Of a DNA stretch of 64,000 nucleotides, positions 13,317 to 24,735 are shown piece by piece. Each line of letters opens with the position of its first letter. The stretch's first letter is position 1. A program made the position numbers and the translations under genes. The DNA is from Octopus vulgaris. Lineage: Eukaryota. Location of the stretch: positions 62,992,001 to 63,056,000 of the forward strand of contig OX597831.1 of assembly GCA_951406725.2 (NCBI GenBank), written 5' to 3'. The notes beneath the pieces were generated by a model. The model was given only the letters and a program-made list of their open reading frames with translations, did no database searches and was not told the DNA's origin.

Positions 13317-13639
13317 TTTCGATAAATAAATCTAGAAATGCTAGGAAAACTTACCTCTTATATTTCCGACCAAGCGTCATCGGAACATATAAAAGCTAAT
13401 CAGCATATCCACATTTATATAGACGAGTGAATTCGTATTTCCCTCCAAATTCTTCTACCATGTTAGTCACAAAATAGTACTGCCGAAAAAAGATTCGTAG
13501 TTTTGTCGTAGGGGAGTGAAATAATCATTACAGATATAGGGTGAAAGATAATGATTATATATATATATATACATAAGGTATTAAATATTTTATATTATTT
13601 ACATACACACATTATTTGCGTACTTAATAATTTCCCTTT

Positions 13640-13985
13640 GTAGCTATATGGTTTTAGATTCGATACCGCTGCGTGGCACATAGGGTGAACAAATGCGTTG
13701 TGAAAGAGTATGGCAGACGAAAATTGCGTGGAATCCTGTCATATATATGTATGTGTGTGTTTGTGTATGCGTCTGTGTGAGTGTGTTTGTGTGCGTGTAT
13801 GCTTGTGTTTGTCAGCCATCATTGCTTGTTAGCCAGTTTTACCGTAACATACAGGGGAGCAACAGAGACATTTGGAACATATATCAAACTAAAAAATATC
13901 TGCTGGGCATGATGCGCTTGACTGAATGCGTGAAGGTAGTGCGCCAGTAGAGCTGCAGTCCAATGACTGAAAAGACTAAGGAGAA
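13640..13985 (+). mobile_element. Old, degenerate SINE family A copy
   Basis: Remnants ttcgataccgctgcgtggcac, internal TA/TG tract and atgactgaaa end. Confidence 0.55.
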
Positions 13986-14038
13986 AAAGATATATATATA
14001 TATCTATGTATCTATGTATGTATATATGTATATATGTA

Positions 14039-14100
<62 letters not shown>

Positions 14101-14147
14101 ATACCCAATATATATGGATTTAACTAATCTGGTGGTATTCATACATA

Positions 14148-14289
14148 TCATCAGGAAGCTTCCTGATGATTTCTTTTGAATGAAACAGTTCTAGTCCTGT
14201 AGAAGCTCCTTCTATATAATAAATTAATTTACTCTGCTATGTATTGAGTACCTTATTTACTGTGGTTAACCCCGACTCAATCCGGGACC

Positions 14290-14292
<3 letters not shown>
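14148..14292 (+). mobile_element. Short (TA)n-associated element with CTGATGA...GAAAC...GTC motif and terminal hairpin (PLE-end-like)
   Basis: Homologous to 43069-43250; starts with palindrome tcatcaggaagcttcctgatga; flanked by a ~34-bp direct repeat (14114-14147, 14367-14400). Confidence 0.55.
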
Positions 14293-14370
<78 letters not shown>

Positions 14371-14509
14371 ATTTAACTAATCTGGTAGTATTCATACATA
14401 TACACAAACACATGCATATACATCTGTGCCTGTGCGTATGGAAGAAATGCATTATGCATTCTAGAAATTTTGAAACTTTTTTTAGGAGAGACATTTACGA
14501 ATTTTAAAT

Positions 14510-15010
14510 CAGTACAAAATTCTCCATCTGCTTTGTAAATGCTTCATGGATGTCCCCAAAAGTGAAGATATCCAGGATTCTTGTCACAGCGTCTTTATCT
14601 TCTCATTGTCTTCAAATCGACAGCGCCTCTCACCTCCTCACTGTGTCCTTGAATTTCTTGGGCAGCTAAAGGCAGATGCTCGGCTGATACAAGTTAATCC
14701 ATGAGTATTGTGGAGTATTACTTAAGTTACTGTACTTTTTTGCCCTGTTTAATGCAAGACTTCTTTGCAGAGCGATATTCCGAATTGTCTTCACACCCCG
14801 AGGGCATTCTACGATTAATCAGCTGTGACGATCAGTGTTTAGTAGGGTGTATTCAAAGTACTGCTGCAGCCGTTTTCTTCAATCTGAGATCTAAGAATTT
14901 TGGGCAGGTGAGCTTATTAGATATGTAGTAATGATATGGCAAGATTACAATAATCCATCACAGTTAGAACTGCATCCACTAAAAGCTTCTCAAACCATCT
15001 GGAAGGTACG
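14510..15010 (-). pseudogene. mariner transposase C-terminal remnant
   Basis: KDAVTRILDIFTFGDIHEAFTKQMENF resembles the mariner C-terminus; upstream YSPDL region badly decayed. Confidence 0.5.
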
Positions 15011-15011
15011 T

Positions 15012-15102
<91 letters not shown>

Positions 15103-17505
15103 TTGTCTGCGTGAAATTATATATTGATTATGGATATGTATATCCATGCTTGCTACTTGCGCCATAAGTCAGCAAACGACTACTATGCATTGCAAGCCCA
15201 GTGCCAAGCTTTTCCCTGGGTCCTACACGTTGAAATACCTAGATTCTAAACAAACCTACAACTGTATATCTGTGTGTGTGTGCGCGCGCGCTTGTGTGTG
15301 TGTAAAGAGGGAGAGAGAGGGAGAAAGAGAGAAGGTGAAAGAGAGAGACTGAGAGAGAAAAGAAGATATAGGAAGGGGAAAGTTATGGTTATGTCTAATT
15401 CTAGCACCATTCTTCACAATTTTCTACATCTAAGTTTTGTTAGTGAATACGCTATTCCATTATAAAATAATAGCAACCAGCCTTTCAATCGTTAATTAGC
15501 GTATATTTGATTGAAATCGATTATGGTTTAGGGCTTCAATTGAAAGTTTAGGAAGCTCCAAAAAATACAACTTTACTTAAGATATTGAATTAAAATCTGA
15601 CCAGCTGAACGGGAGCAACATGATTCGCCTTCAATTTAATGATTTTACTTTCTTCTTTGTCGTTTGTTTCAGCGCTTTATTGAATTTAGCATACTATTTA
15701 TATAAAAACTAAATGTGAAATAATGTCAAATTTTCTCCAGAATGTAAACGGAGAATATGAAATTATTTTCTGTAATCTCTTTGAATTATATTGAACAATA
15801 TAAAAGAGTAGAGACTCTTTTCATTATAGAAGAAGAATGCTTTAGAAGTAAATTCTTAATCAATTTTAAAAGTTACACGTTTAATTATTAAACATTAATA
15901 GCGTCGCATGGAACAAAGAAAATTATGCGTCGTTTCTTCTTTTCAAACAGTCATGTTAACAGGTTATAAGGATAATGAATGTTATTTAACATAATATCAT
16001 CTTTAAACAGGCTACGTTCAAAAATTTCTTTCCAACACTAAAAGGGAATATTATGAAACGTCCTCTGGCAGTTAGTTTAATTAAGAAATTTCATACTTCC
16101 TATTTTGATTCTCAGTTGGTGGAATGTTTTCATTTGGAATTAGCACAAATTATATCTAATAAGACCAAAGAATGTCCAGATGTGTCAACTTGTTTGCCAA
16201 AGATTAGATTGATTTTTCCCTCCACCACATTTCCTATTTCCAATTTTAATTAACTGTGACTTCAGGTTTCACAAAAATTCTATTCAGAAATGTATATTGA
16301 TTCTGTTAATACTCAGTTGTCGCCCCTGCCACTCTTTGGTTAAATTACATGTTGTTAAATGTTTACCTCTCACCGAAAGTTATAGTCTTTATTCATTAGT
16401 GATTTTGCTCTCCAAATTAACTTTGTTAGTGCTTATTCCATTACTATGTCCACAATTTATTGCTATACAGGCCAAGTGGGCAAATCGAGGTTCACCAAAG
16501 ATAAACTTGAAATAGTAATTACTTTTAATCCATTTTTAAAGCACTTCAACGGAAACAATTTCAATTACTTCTTTGTTGTATTTTAAAGCGACATAAGAGA
16601 CAGAGCCACTAAGGATGGTACAATGAGCCCGCTCGAGTTATTATTCATGCAAGTCAAAATTCAAACACAAGTTCAACTGGGAAAAAAACCCGTACGAAGA
16701 GTCGTTAGCAATAAAATAAATTATTGTTAAAGAGGAGAGAATTTTACGCATTTAATCAGAAAAGGGTAACAACTCCGGATATAGGCCGTTCTCATAACAC
16801 TTTTTCCATAAACCATATTCTAAATTGTATATAAGGACTTTGAAAGAATATAGACTTTTGCGAGCATTATACATGAAAGGTGTTTTCTTGGTTATTATTC
16901 AATTTTGTCTTGTGTTATTCAAAGGTGTGTTCATGTGATTAATAAATTAACTTTGTAAACAGGTAATAGAACAATCAGTGACTCAGCGCAACATCTGAAG
17001 CTTCAGCTCTGAAACAGTCTCGCGTTTACCATGAATTTGTGAGTGAAAACAGGTGCATGAACATTATGTGGAAACCCAGTCGGAAGAATGTGTTTCTCGT
17101 TGAGAGCAACTGGAACAATGAAATCTAATTAGTTATGCTGACACTTCTAAATTGTCTGATTGAAGGTCTAATGATAATTTGGCCTATGGGTTAGCGTGAG
17201 TTAAGATTTTACAGAATACATGAGATTCGGTTAGTACAGGCGCTATTGGAATTTCCTTCTAGTCTTTATATATATGGTATAAAATTAATGTGGGCAGCTA
17301 GGAGAAATATAAACTGTACAAGTAAAATATAGTCGTCACTAACTGTGACTGTATGCGCTACAAGCAAATATATTGCTAGAAATAAGAGTTATAGCTGCGT
17401 CAAAGCACATTTATATACACTGACAGGTTAGATAACTCCTTTATGTGAGAGGCAAAGCTGAAAAACTGGAGTGCACACAAACACAAACACACACATACAT
17501 ATGTA

Positions 17506-17552
<47 letters not shown>

Positions 17553-17720
17553 CATAAGGGGCATCAGCCATCTGAATGTGGCCAGGGACAGGGCAGGGTG
17601 GTGGGGGTGTTACTGATGCATTTAGCCCCAGGCGATCATCGACGTCACCAGGAGGGCTGACACCATCTCGGTGTCCTCTAGCCTGCAAAGGGAGATCATT
17701 CCTCGAAGATACGGATACTA

Positions 17721-17764
17721 CATACGGACCAGGTTTCGAGGTATTTGCCTCTTATCAACGCATG
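17721..17764 (-). ncRNA. Type I hammerhead ribozyme (U3-A8 variant); predicted GUC cleavage between 17727 and 17726
   Basis: CAUGCG-UUGAUAA-GAGG caaaua CCUC-GAAA-CCUGG-UC-CGUAUG: 6-bp stem I, 4-bp stem II, near-palindromic stem III ACCUGGU. Confidence 0.8.
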
Positions 17765-18077
17765 GTAAGCACCGTTCTCCGACGAATAACTCTCTCTACA
17801 GGCCATATATATAAGGATTTTCACAGTAAACACAGTCACTGATGTAGAAAAACCGTTCGAAAATAATAATAAATCTCTAAACGAGATATAAACAGTAACT
17901 GCTCTATAACATAAGGGGCATCAGTCATCTGAATATGGCTAGGGACAGAGCAGGGTGGTGGGGGTGTTACTGATGCATTTAGCCCCAGGCGATCATCGAC
18001 GTCACCAGGAGGGCTGACACCATCTCGGTGTCCTCTAGCCTGCAAAGGGAGATCATTCCCCGAAGATACGGATACTA

Positions 18078-18121
18078 CATACGGACCAGGTTTCGAGGTA
18101 TTTGCCTCTTACCAACGCTTG
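18078..18121 (-). ncRNA. Second copy of the hammerhead, probably inactive (A6G core change)
   Basis: Core reads UUGGUAA and stem I has a mismatch (CAAGCG vs CGUAUG). Confidence 0.7.
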
Positions 18122-18655
18122 GTAAGCACCGTTCTCCGACGAATAACTCTCTCTACAGGCCATATATATAAGGATTTTCACAGTAAACACAGTCACTGAT
18201 GTAGAAAAACCGTTCGAAAACAATAATAAATCTCTAAACGAGATATAAACAGTAACTGCTCTAAACATAAGGGGCATCAGCCATCTAAATGTGGCTAGGG
18301 ACAGGGCAGGGTGGCGGGGGTATTACTGATGCATTTAGCCCCAGGCGATCATCGACGTCACCAGGAGGGCTGACACCAACTCGGTGTCCTCTAGCCTGCA
18401 AAGGGAGATCATTCCCCGAAGATACGGGGGAAACCTGGTCCGTATGTAGTATCCGTATCTTCGAGGAATGATCTCCCTTTGCAGGCTAGAGGACACCGAG
18501 ATGGTGTCAGCCCTCCTGGTGACGTCGATGATCGCCTGGGGCTAAATGCATCAGTAACACCTCCACCACCCTGCCCTGTCCCTAGCCACATTCAGATGGC
18601 TGATGCCCCTTATGTTATAGAGCAGTTACTGTTTATATCTCGTTTAGAGATTTAT

Positions 18656-18693
<38 letters not shown>

Positions 18694-18757
18694 TATACAG
18701 GTGGGCGTGCGCGCACACACATGCATGTACTGTTGACAACTGCCATGAGGATTAAAA

Positions 18758-20012
18758 TGTCCCAAAACAATGCATACACACTTTAAATAATTGTAAAGTA
18801 GGTGTTTATCAAAATACATTACATTATCAAAATTTAGTTGAATTTACAGACGTTATATTATTGTTTTGTCAACGCCTGTTTTGACTCTGACGTTCGTTTT
18901 ACTCCAGGCACTAATAACAACGTGAAGCAATGGAATTGCAACGTTACAAAACAATCAATTTGATATTTGTGTGCATTCTCGTTCAGTGGCTGCTCACAAT
19001 TCAGTGACTGTTGCAAGTTTCGTAGCATAGATTTTTTTTTCTTTTAGGTATCCCCATAAAAAAAATATCTAGGGATGAGAGGTCTGGTGAACGTGGAATG
19101 TATTCAACGAAGCTCATTAGTCCAATCCACCATTTTGGCAAGACCTCATCAAGAAAGATCTAACATCGCGATGGTAGTGTTGGGGTATCCCTTCTTGCTG
19201 AAAATAAAAGTCTTCATCTTCAAAGTCTTCTCTAATGCTTGGTATGAGAGACTGTTGCAGCAAGTTCAAGTAAATGAAACCAGTCACGGTAGCGTCAAAA
19301 AAGAATGGTCCACTTAATCCTCTTGATGATAAGCCACACCACACTGTAAATGCTGGTAAATTAACATAATGTTCCACCTTAACATGCGGATTCTTATGTC
19401 CCCAGTTGGTGCAACTGTGGCAGTTAATTGAACAATTTAATTTGAATCTAGACTCATCACATCACACAATCTTTGTTGGAAGGTGTACATCTACACATCG
19501 TGCATGGTACCACTCTCAATATTGCAATCTTCCACTTGGATCATCGTTAATAATAGCATGGACTAATCTCGGAACGTAACTTTTCCGTTGACGACGCTTC
19601 AAAATGCGTTGAACAGACGATTTTTGAAATGTCTACTTCTCGACTCGCTTGCTGCACAGATTTTCTTGGACTTTGGTGATAAGTTTCCAGAACTGCTTCT
19701 TGCTTTGCGGAGGTTGTTGATGTTCGAGGTCTACTGGAATGCTTCTCGAGGACATTCTGAACACGTCCATCGGTTTCACACTTATCTCTAATTCGAGTGA
19801 TGGCAAGTCACGTTGATGGATCTCTTTGAAATTCCGTCCTAAAATGTCTTTGCACTTCAACTGCGTTTTCACACTTCCAGCAGCATTTTAGAATAAACTT
19901 CCTTTGTTAAAGCTTAGTCTGAGTGCCAGCATTAATGCCAATGGCTTTAATTTGGAAATATATCTTTAGTTATCAGGTGCTAAAGTTTGCATGCATTTTT
20001 TGAGATACCCTG
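18758..20012 (-). mobile_element. Tc1/mariner-superfamily DNA transposon with decayed transposase
   Basis: [27 protein letters not shown]...[20 protein letters not shown] (QQDGAPPH motif); N-terminal HTH-like remnant; TIR remnants tgtcccaaaacaatgcatacacacttt / aaagtttgcatgcattttttgagataccctg-TA. Confidence 0.85.
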
Positions 20013-20301
20013 TATATTATTTATATGTATATATATATATATGTATATATGTATAAATATACAAATATTTATATATATATACATACAGAGGGTGTATGTA
20101 TGTATGTTTCTATATATGTATATATATGAAAATATTCATACATGTATATACAAATATATGTATATATATATATATGTATGCATATATATAAATTTACATA
20201 TGCTTACATACATATCTGTGTGTATGTATGTATACATATATATGTGTGTATATAAGTATACATAGATATATAAATATATATGTATGTATGCATATGTATG
20301 C

Positions 20302-20344
<43 letters not shown>

Positions 20345-20412
20345 AGTGTGTGTGTATGCATGTGTATGTGTGTGTGTACACAAGAGTTAAGGAATGGAGT
20401 AGATAAGATCGG

Positions 20413-20504
20413 GGCTACATATATTTCATAGCGGGTGGAACCTCCGAGACTCCGAGGTGATAAATATCCAAGTGAGGTGCATACCACAGGCTACTTTTCA
20501 GGCC
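20413..20504 (-). ncRNA. Decayed type I hammerhead-like motif with long stem II insert
   Basis: Minus: GGC-CUGAAAA-GUAGC...(~57 nt)...GCUAU-GAAA-UAUAUG-UA-GCC; G8 replaced by A without a compensating change at position 3. Confidence 0.45.
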
Positions 20505-20974
20505 AAGGATATCTTGGTTATATGAAAGTCTACAGCGTCGCAAGGAAGTACATGGAAGATTCAATCAGAATGTTTAGAGAGCACAATAGGAGCAGAGAAT
20601 ATAAATGGAGAGAGAAATTAGGAATACAAGAAGGAAAAAAGAAAGACAAAACAAGGGAGCGAGAAGAATGAGCAATTTAACCAACGTCTTTCGACTGTTA
20701 GTATTCAATAAGACTCCTTTGGCTGAACCACAGAAATGTTCGAGTTTCATTCTGAACTGTCCGACGAATAAGATCGTGAAACTCTGAGGAGCAATTTTTT
20801 GATATCTTTGTGATATTTTTCCAGCTTTAATAATAATATAGTATATATAAACCTCTGTGTATATGTATATATATATATGTATATATAATATAAATAATAT
20901 ATAAATATATGCATATATACATATATATATATATATGTACATACCTACATATATATGTATATATACATGCATAT

Positions 20975-21237
20975 ATGGGTACAGGACATCAGAAAAACAT
21001 TGAACACAATGAGAAACGAAAACATAAATACAAAAACACAGAAAACGAATATTTTGGGGAACAACGAAAAAAGAAACATATACGAGACATGCAACATAAA
21101 GAATATTCCCCTTCATCAGTGGTCCCTGTTTCATCTACTCTACATTTGCCTTTCCGTTGTTTGAAAGAAAGTTCGTTTTCTATGTTTTTGTTTTTACGTT
21201 TTCGTTTCTCATTGTGTTCAACGTTTTCTGATGTCAT
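20975..21237. repeat. (TA)n-embedded repeat with ~65-bp inverted arms
   Basis: gacatcagaaaaacattgaacacaatgagaaacgaaaac... vs ...gttttcgtttctcattgtgttcaacgttttctgatgtc; the same atgggtacag head occurs at ~33215 and ~43366. Confidence 0.7.
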
Positions 21238-21257
21238 TATATATATATATATACGTA

Positions 21258-21296
<39 letters not shown>

Positions 21297-21410
21297 GCTT
21301 GTCAATAGCAGTGCTCATTAGCCACAGAGCGCACAATGTTCCTGAAGGTAGGCAATGGTCTTCCTCGGTCACGAGTGGACAGCCATCACCATATATATAT
21401 ATATATATAT

Positions 21411-21573
21411 ACAACGGGCTTCTTTCAGTTTCTGTCTACTAAATCCACTCATAAGGCCTAGATCTGCTGGGGCTATAGTAGAAGAAAATTGCTCACTATG
21501 TCACTCAGTGAGACTGAACCCGGAACCGTGTGACTGAGAAGCAAGCTTCCTAACAAACACCGCCACGCCTGCG
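21411..21573 (-). mobile_element. SINE family A, 5' half
   Basis: Reverse complement of the family A head up to the internal (TA)n. Confidence 0.75.
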
Positions 21574-22374
21574 ACTTTAAAAGTCAATGTTTCCTTCACC
21601 TTTTCAATTTTGATCAATACCTGTACACAAAATACGTTTTAAATTATTAGGCGCTGCATAATCGAGTAAAACCGGTAAAGGTGCTGCTCCAGTCTGGTCA
21701 CAGTCCAATATTCATAGAAACCAATAAAAGAACAACGTAAGTGTTCTGATTCTTTCGAAGCAAATCTATCAATCAATACTGTCAATTGCATTATACAGAT
21801 GACAATCAATTCTCGAAAGCCATTAAATCCTCTCGTGTCTAATGTTCAATACGAACAGCTAGTTTGTCATATCATAGAAACACTTTTTATCTATGATGTT
21901 CAATACGTATGCTCTAAATCATTTCTTCCATATTTTCTATTTCGAGTGTTCATTTCCAAATCTACATAAGGTCAAATCAAATGTTGCGGCTTCCTTTCTT
22001 GGAGACTGTTTATGCTCGGGTTGGCCAATGTTATGAGTTTCCAACTGACCTTCAACCTGTTGTGTTAGTATGTGTGGACGTATGAGTTCATGGCTATCTT
22101 CGAAATAAAAAAAAAGTGTATAGCAGATTACATTTATTCTAATGAAGAACCACATATACTCAAAATATATCTTGTTACCTTTCCCTACAAGATTTATGTT
22201 ATATGTGGTGAGCTACAGAATAGTTAGGGCGTCCGGTAGAATGATTGTACACTATCCTGTAGCCCTGTATACTCTGAATTCAAATCCCAATTCAGTCATC
22301 ATTGGGTTGTATATTTTCGAGGTTGATAAACAAACTACCAACCTAAGGGTCTTCATTTTCTCACCTCACACACA

Positions 22375-22431
<57 letters not shown>

Positions 22432-22812
22432 CCTCTCCCTTTATATATCACGAAGAGATCGGTAGCCTCAGTCTGACAGAGATAAGGGTTCCGCAAGGTG
22501 TACAATCAGCTATGGCTTTAACAGGAATTAAGTGTCAAAGAAAGAAATGAAAGGATGCAGCATATCAGCTTCGAGAATGACCTTACGGTGATGGCATAGA
22601 GTATAAAAGAAATTATTCCGCCCTAGAGGCTTTCATTTCAGCGGTTGACAGTATATCAACAGCTGCGCCATCTTATTGTAGGGAACTCAACATGGTCTAT
22701 CACTTTGCAAGAAATATCAACCATATTTGCCTTACTTAACTATATACACATGCACACATGCATACTCGTATATACATGTGTGTGTGTGTTTATCTATCTA
22801 TCTATCTATATA

Positions 22813-22845
<33 letters not shown>

Positions 22846-23035
22846 CACTGAGAATGTGTCTGTTTATCTTTCTGCATATGGGTATAAAAAGAGACAAAAT
22901 TCCTGAAAATGCTCAATCTGACGACTCCATTAGAGTGGACGCAAGCGCTAATTTATGATTTATAAAAACGTGATATATTAATAAATACGTGCAAATATAA
23001 ATCCATCCAGATTTCTGAGTACCTTATTTCTTCTA

Positions 23036-23066
<31 letters not shown>

Positions 23067-23092
23067 TAGAAGTTTTGGAGATGATGTTCAGG

Positions 23093-23162
<70 letters not shown>

Positions 23163-23493
23163 ATGTATATGTATATTACGGAGATGTAGCTGCGTAGAAT
23201 GTGACTTGATCTGAAATCGCGTGCGGAAACAAATAGAGTTGCAGCGTGGAAGGTGTTTATAAACCATTGAAAAACACGCAAAACCGTCAGATTCGCTTCA
23301 ACATTTAAATTTCAGTATAAATGTTGATGTGAATCTATCTATTTATCTATCTATACATCTATTTCTCTTTCTATCTATCGATCTATCTATCTATTTATCT
23401 ACCTATATATAAACATATATATATATATATACATATATGCACCTTCCACGCTGCAACTGTGTTTGTTTCAGCACACGATCTCGATCTCAGATG

Positions 23494-23539
<46 letters not shown>

Positions 23540-23714
23540 TAAATAAAAATAATATATATACATATTAATATATTTAGATAAATGTATATGTGTCTGTGTT
23601 ATACTTATGTATATATACATAAGTTCAGCAAAAATTTAGATTCAAATGAATATGGTACTTAATTTAGATGCACCAGAATTTTGTTTGGTGTTATCCATAA
23701 AAATCCATGGGGTG

Positions 23715-23756
<42 letters not shown>

Positions 23757-23876
23757 TGAGTTGGGTACAGAAATTCAGGGTGAGTACTTGATAATTGTAA
23801 CCACCTGTATATACCGTTTGGTGGTGTAGGTGGTGGAGTAAATTAATCAAAATAAAAACATGATGCCAAGGATTCA

Positions 23877-23954
23877 GCGGTACATATGTTTCGGGCCTTT
23901 ATTAGACGGATTTATAACAATGCATAATGTGTGTCTGTGGCCTTCTTCAGCCGC
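23877..23954 (-). ncRNA. Type I hammerhead ribozyme, canonical core, GUA site
   Basis: Minus: GCGG-CUGAAGA-aGGCC...GGCCc-GAAA-CAUAUG-UA-CCGC; palindromic stem III ACAUAUGU; bracketed by a 39-bp inverted repeat (23840-23878 / 23964-24002). Confidence 0.75.
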
Positions 23955-23998
23955 GCACAACGTGCTGAATCCTTGGCATCATATTTTTATTTTGATTA

Positions 23999-24032
<34 letters not shown>

Positions 24033-24098
24033 GCACACACATATACGCACACACACGCACATATATATATTTTATCAGTATTATTATTACAATTATTA

Positions 24099-24165
<67 letters not shown>

Positions 24166-24189
24166 TATTATTATTATTATCATTATTAT

Positions 24190-24735
24190 TGAGTGAGAGA
24201 GCAGTTCATGCCATCAAAGTGACACTGGAGTAAAATATACGAAGCCCAATATACCCATCATGTCTGATAAGAGTACACCAGGCACATGCATCACAACCAT
24301 ATGTGCGCGACATGGTGATCTCATATCAAGATAAACAGCACATGACCTTGCAGGTGGGGCCCAGTTAGAATTTTCTTCAGGTTGAGTAGCCCATCGGCTC
24401 ATAAGGTCCCTGAATAAGGGTTGTTTAAGGATGTTAAAAGAACCACCCATGTTTCCAAAGGTGAATTATTCAAACCCCAAAGAATCCCTCTCAACACATG
24501 GCTATGATGCTCCCTCACTACTTCTGCTCGTGATCAGAGTTACACATATCGTCAGCCTCTCAGGGACATGCTCAAATGATTAAGGTCGAACAACTGACAA
24601 GCAAATCTGTGGTATTGAGCAGAATATTTGCTGTAGCCCATCTTTTATACCAAGACAAAACAATGTACATGATAACACTTCCAATCAGTTAAGATCAAAC
24701 GCCATGAGAGTCACTGCCTGGTACTGCATCAGGGA

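Larger units (their letters stand above)
17551..18660 (-). mobile_element. Retrozyme-like array: tandem 357-bp units (17551-17907, 17908-18263, partial 18264-18427) plus inverted arm (18430-18660), inserted in (TA)n
   Basis: Near-identical direct repeats (about 8-9 differences per unit by eye); one HHR per full unit on the minus strand; no coding capacity; (TA)n on both flanks. Confidence 0.85.

Noticed and set aside
17563-17700. Twister, HDV or pistol ribozyme in the retrozyme body (gcatcag-UAA...; ggcuaa)
   Set aside because: Required pseudoknot pairings and core residues could not be placed; kept only as an unnamed structured domain.
17836-17870. Plus-strand CTGATGTA...GAAA as a second hammerhead
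   Set aside because: Core has an insertion and there is no stem I or III.
17551-18660. CRISPR array or protein-coding tandem repeat (ORFs MQARGHRDG..., MWLGTGQGG...)
   Set aside because: No repeat-spacer alternation and no cas genes; ORFs are short, use non-ATG starts or run into microsatellite, and occur on both strands.
20755-20790. CCGACGA...GAAAC hammerhead-like motif
   Set aside because: No convincing stem I or II and no NUH triplet.
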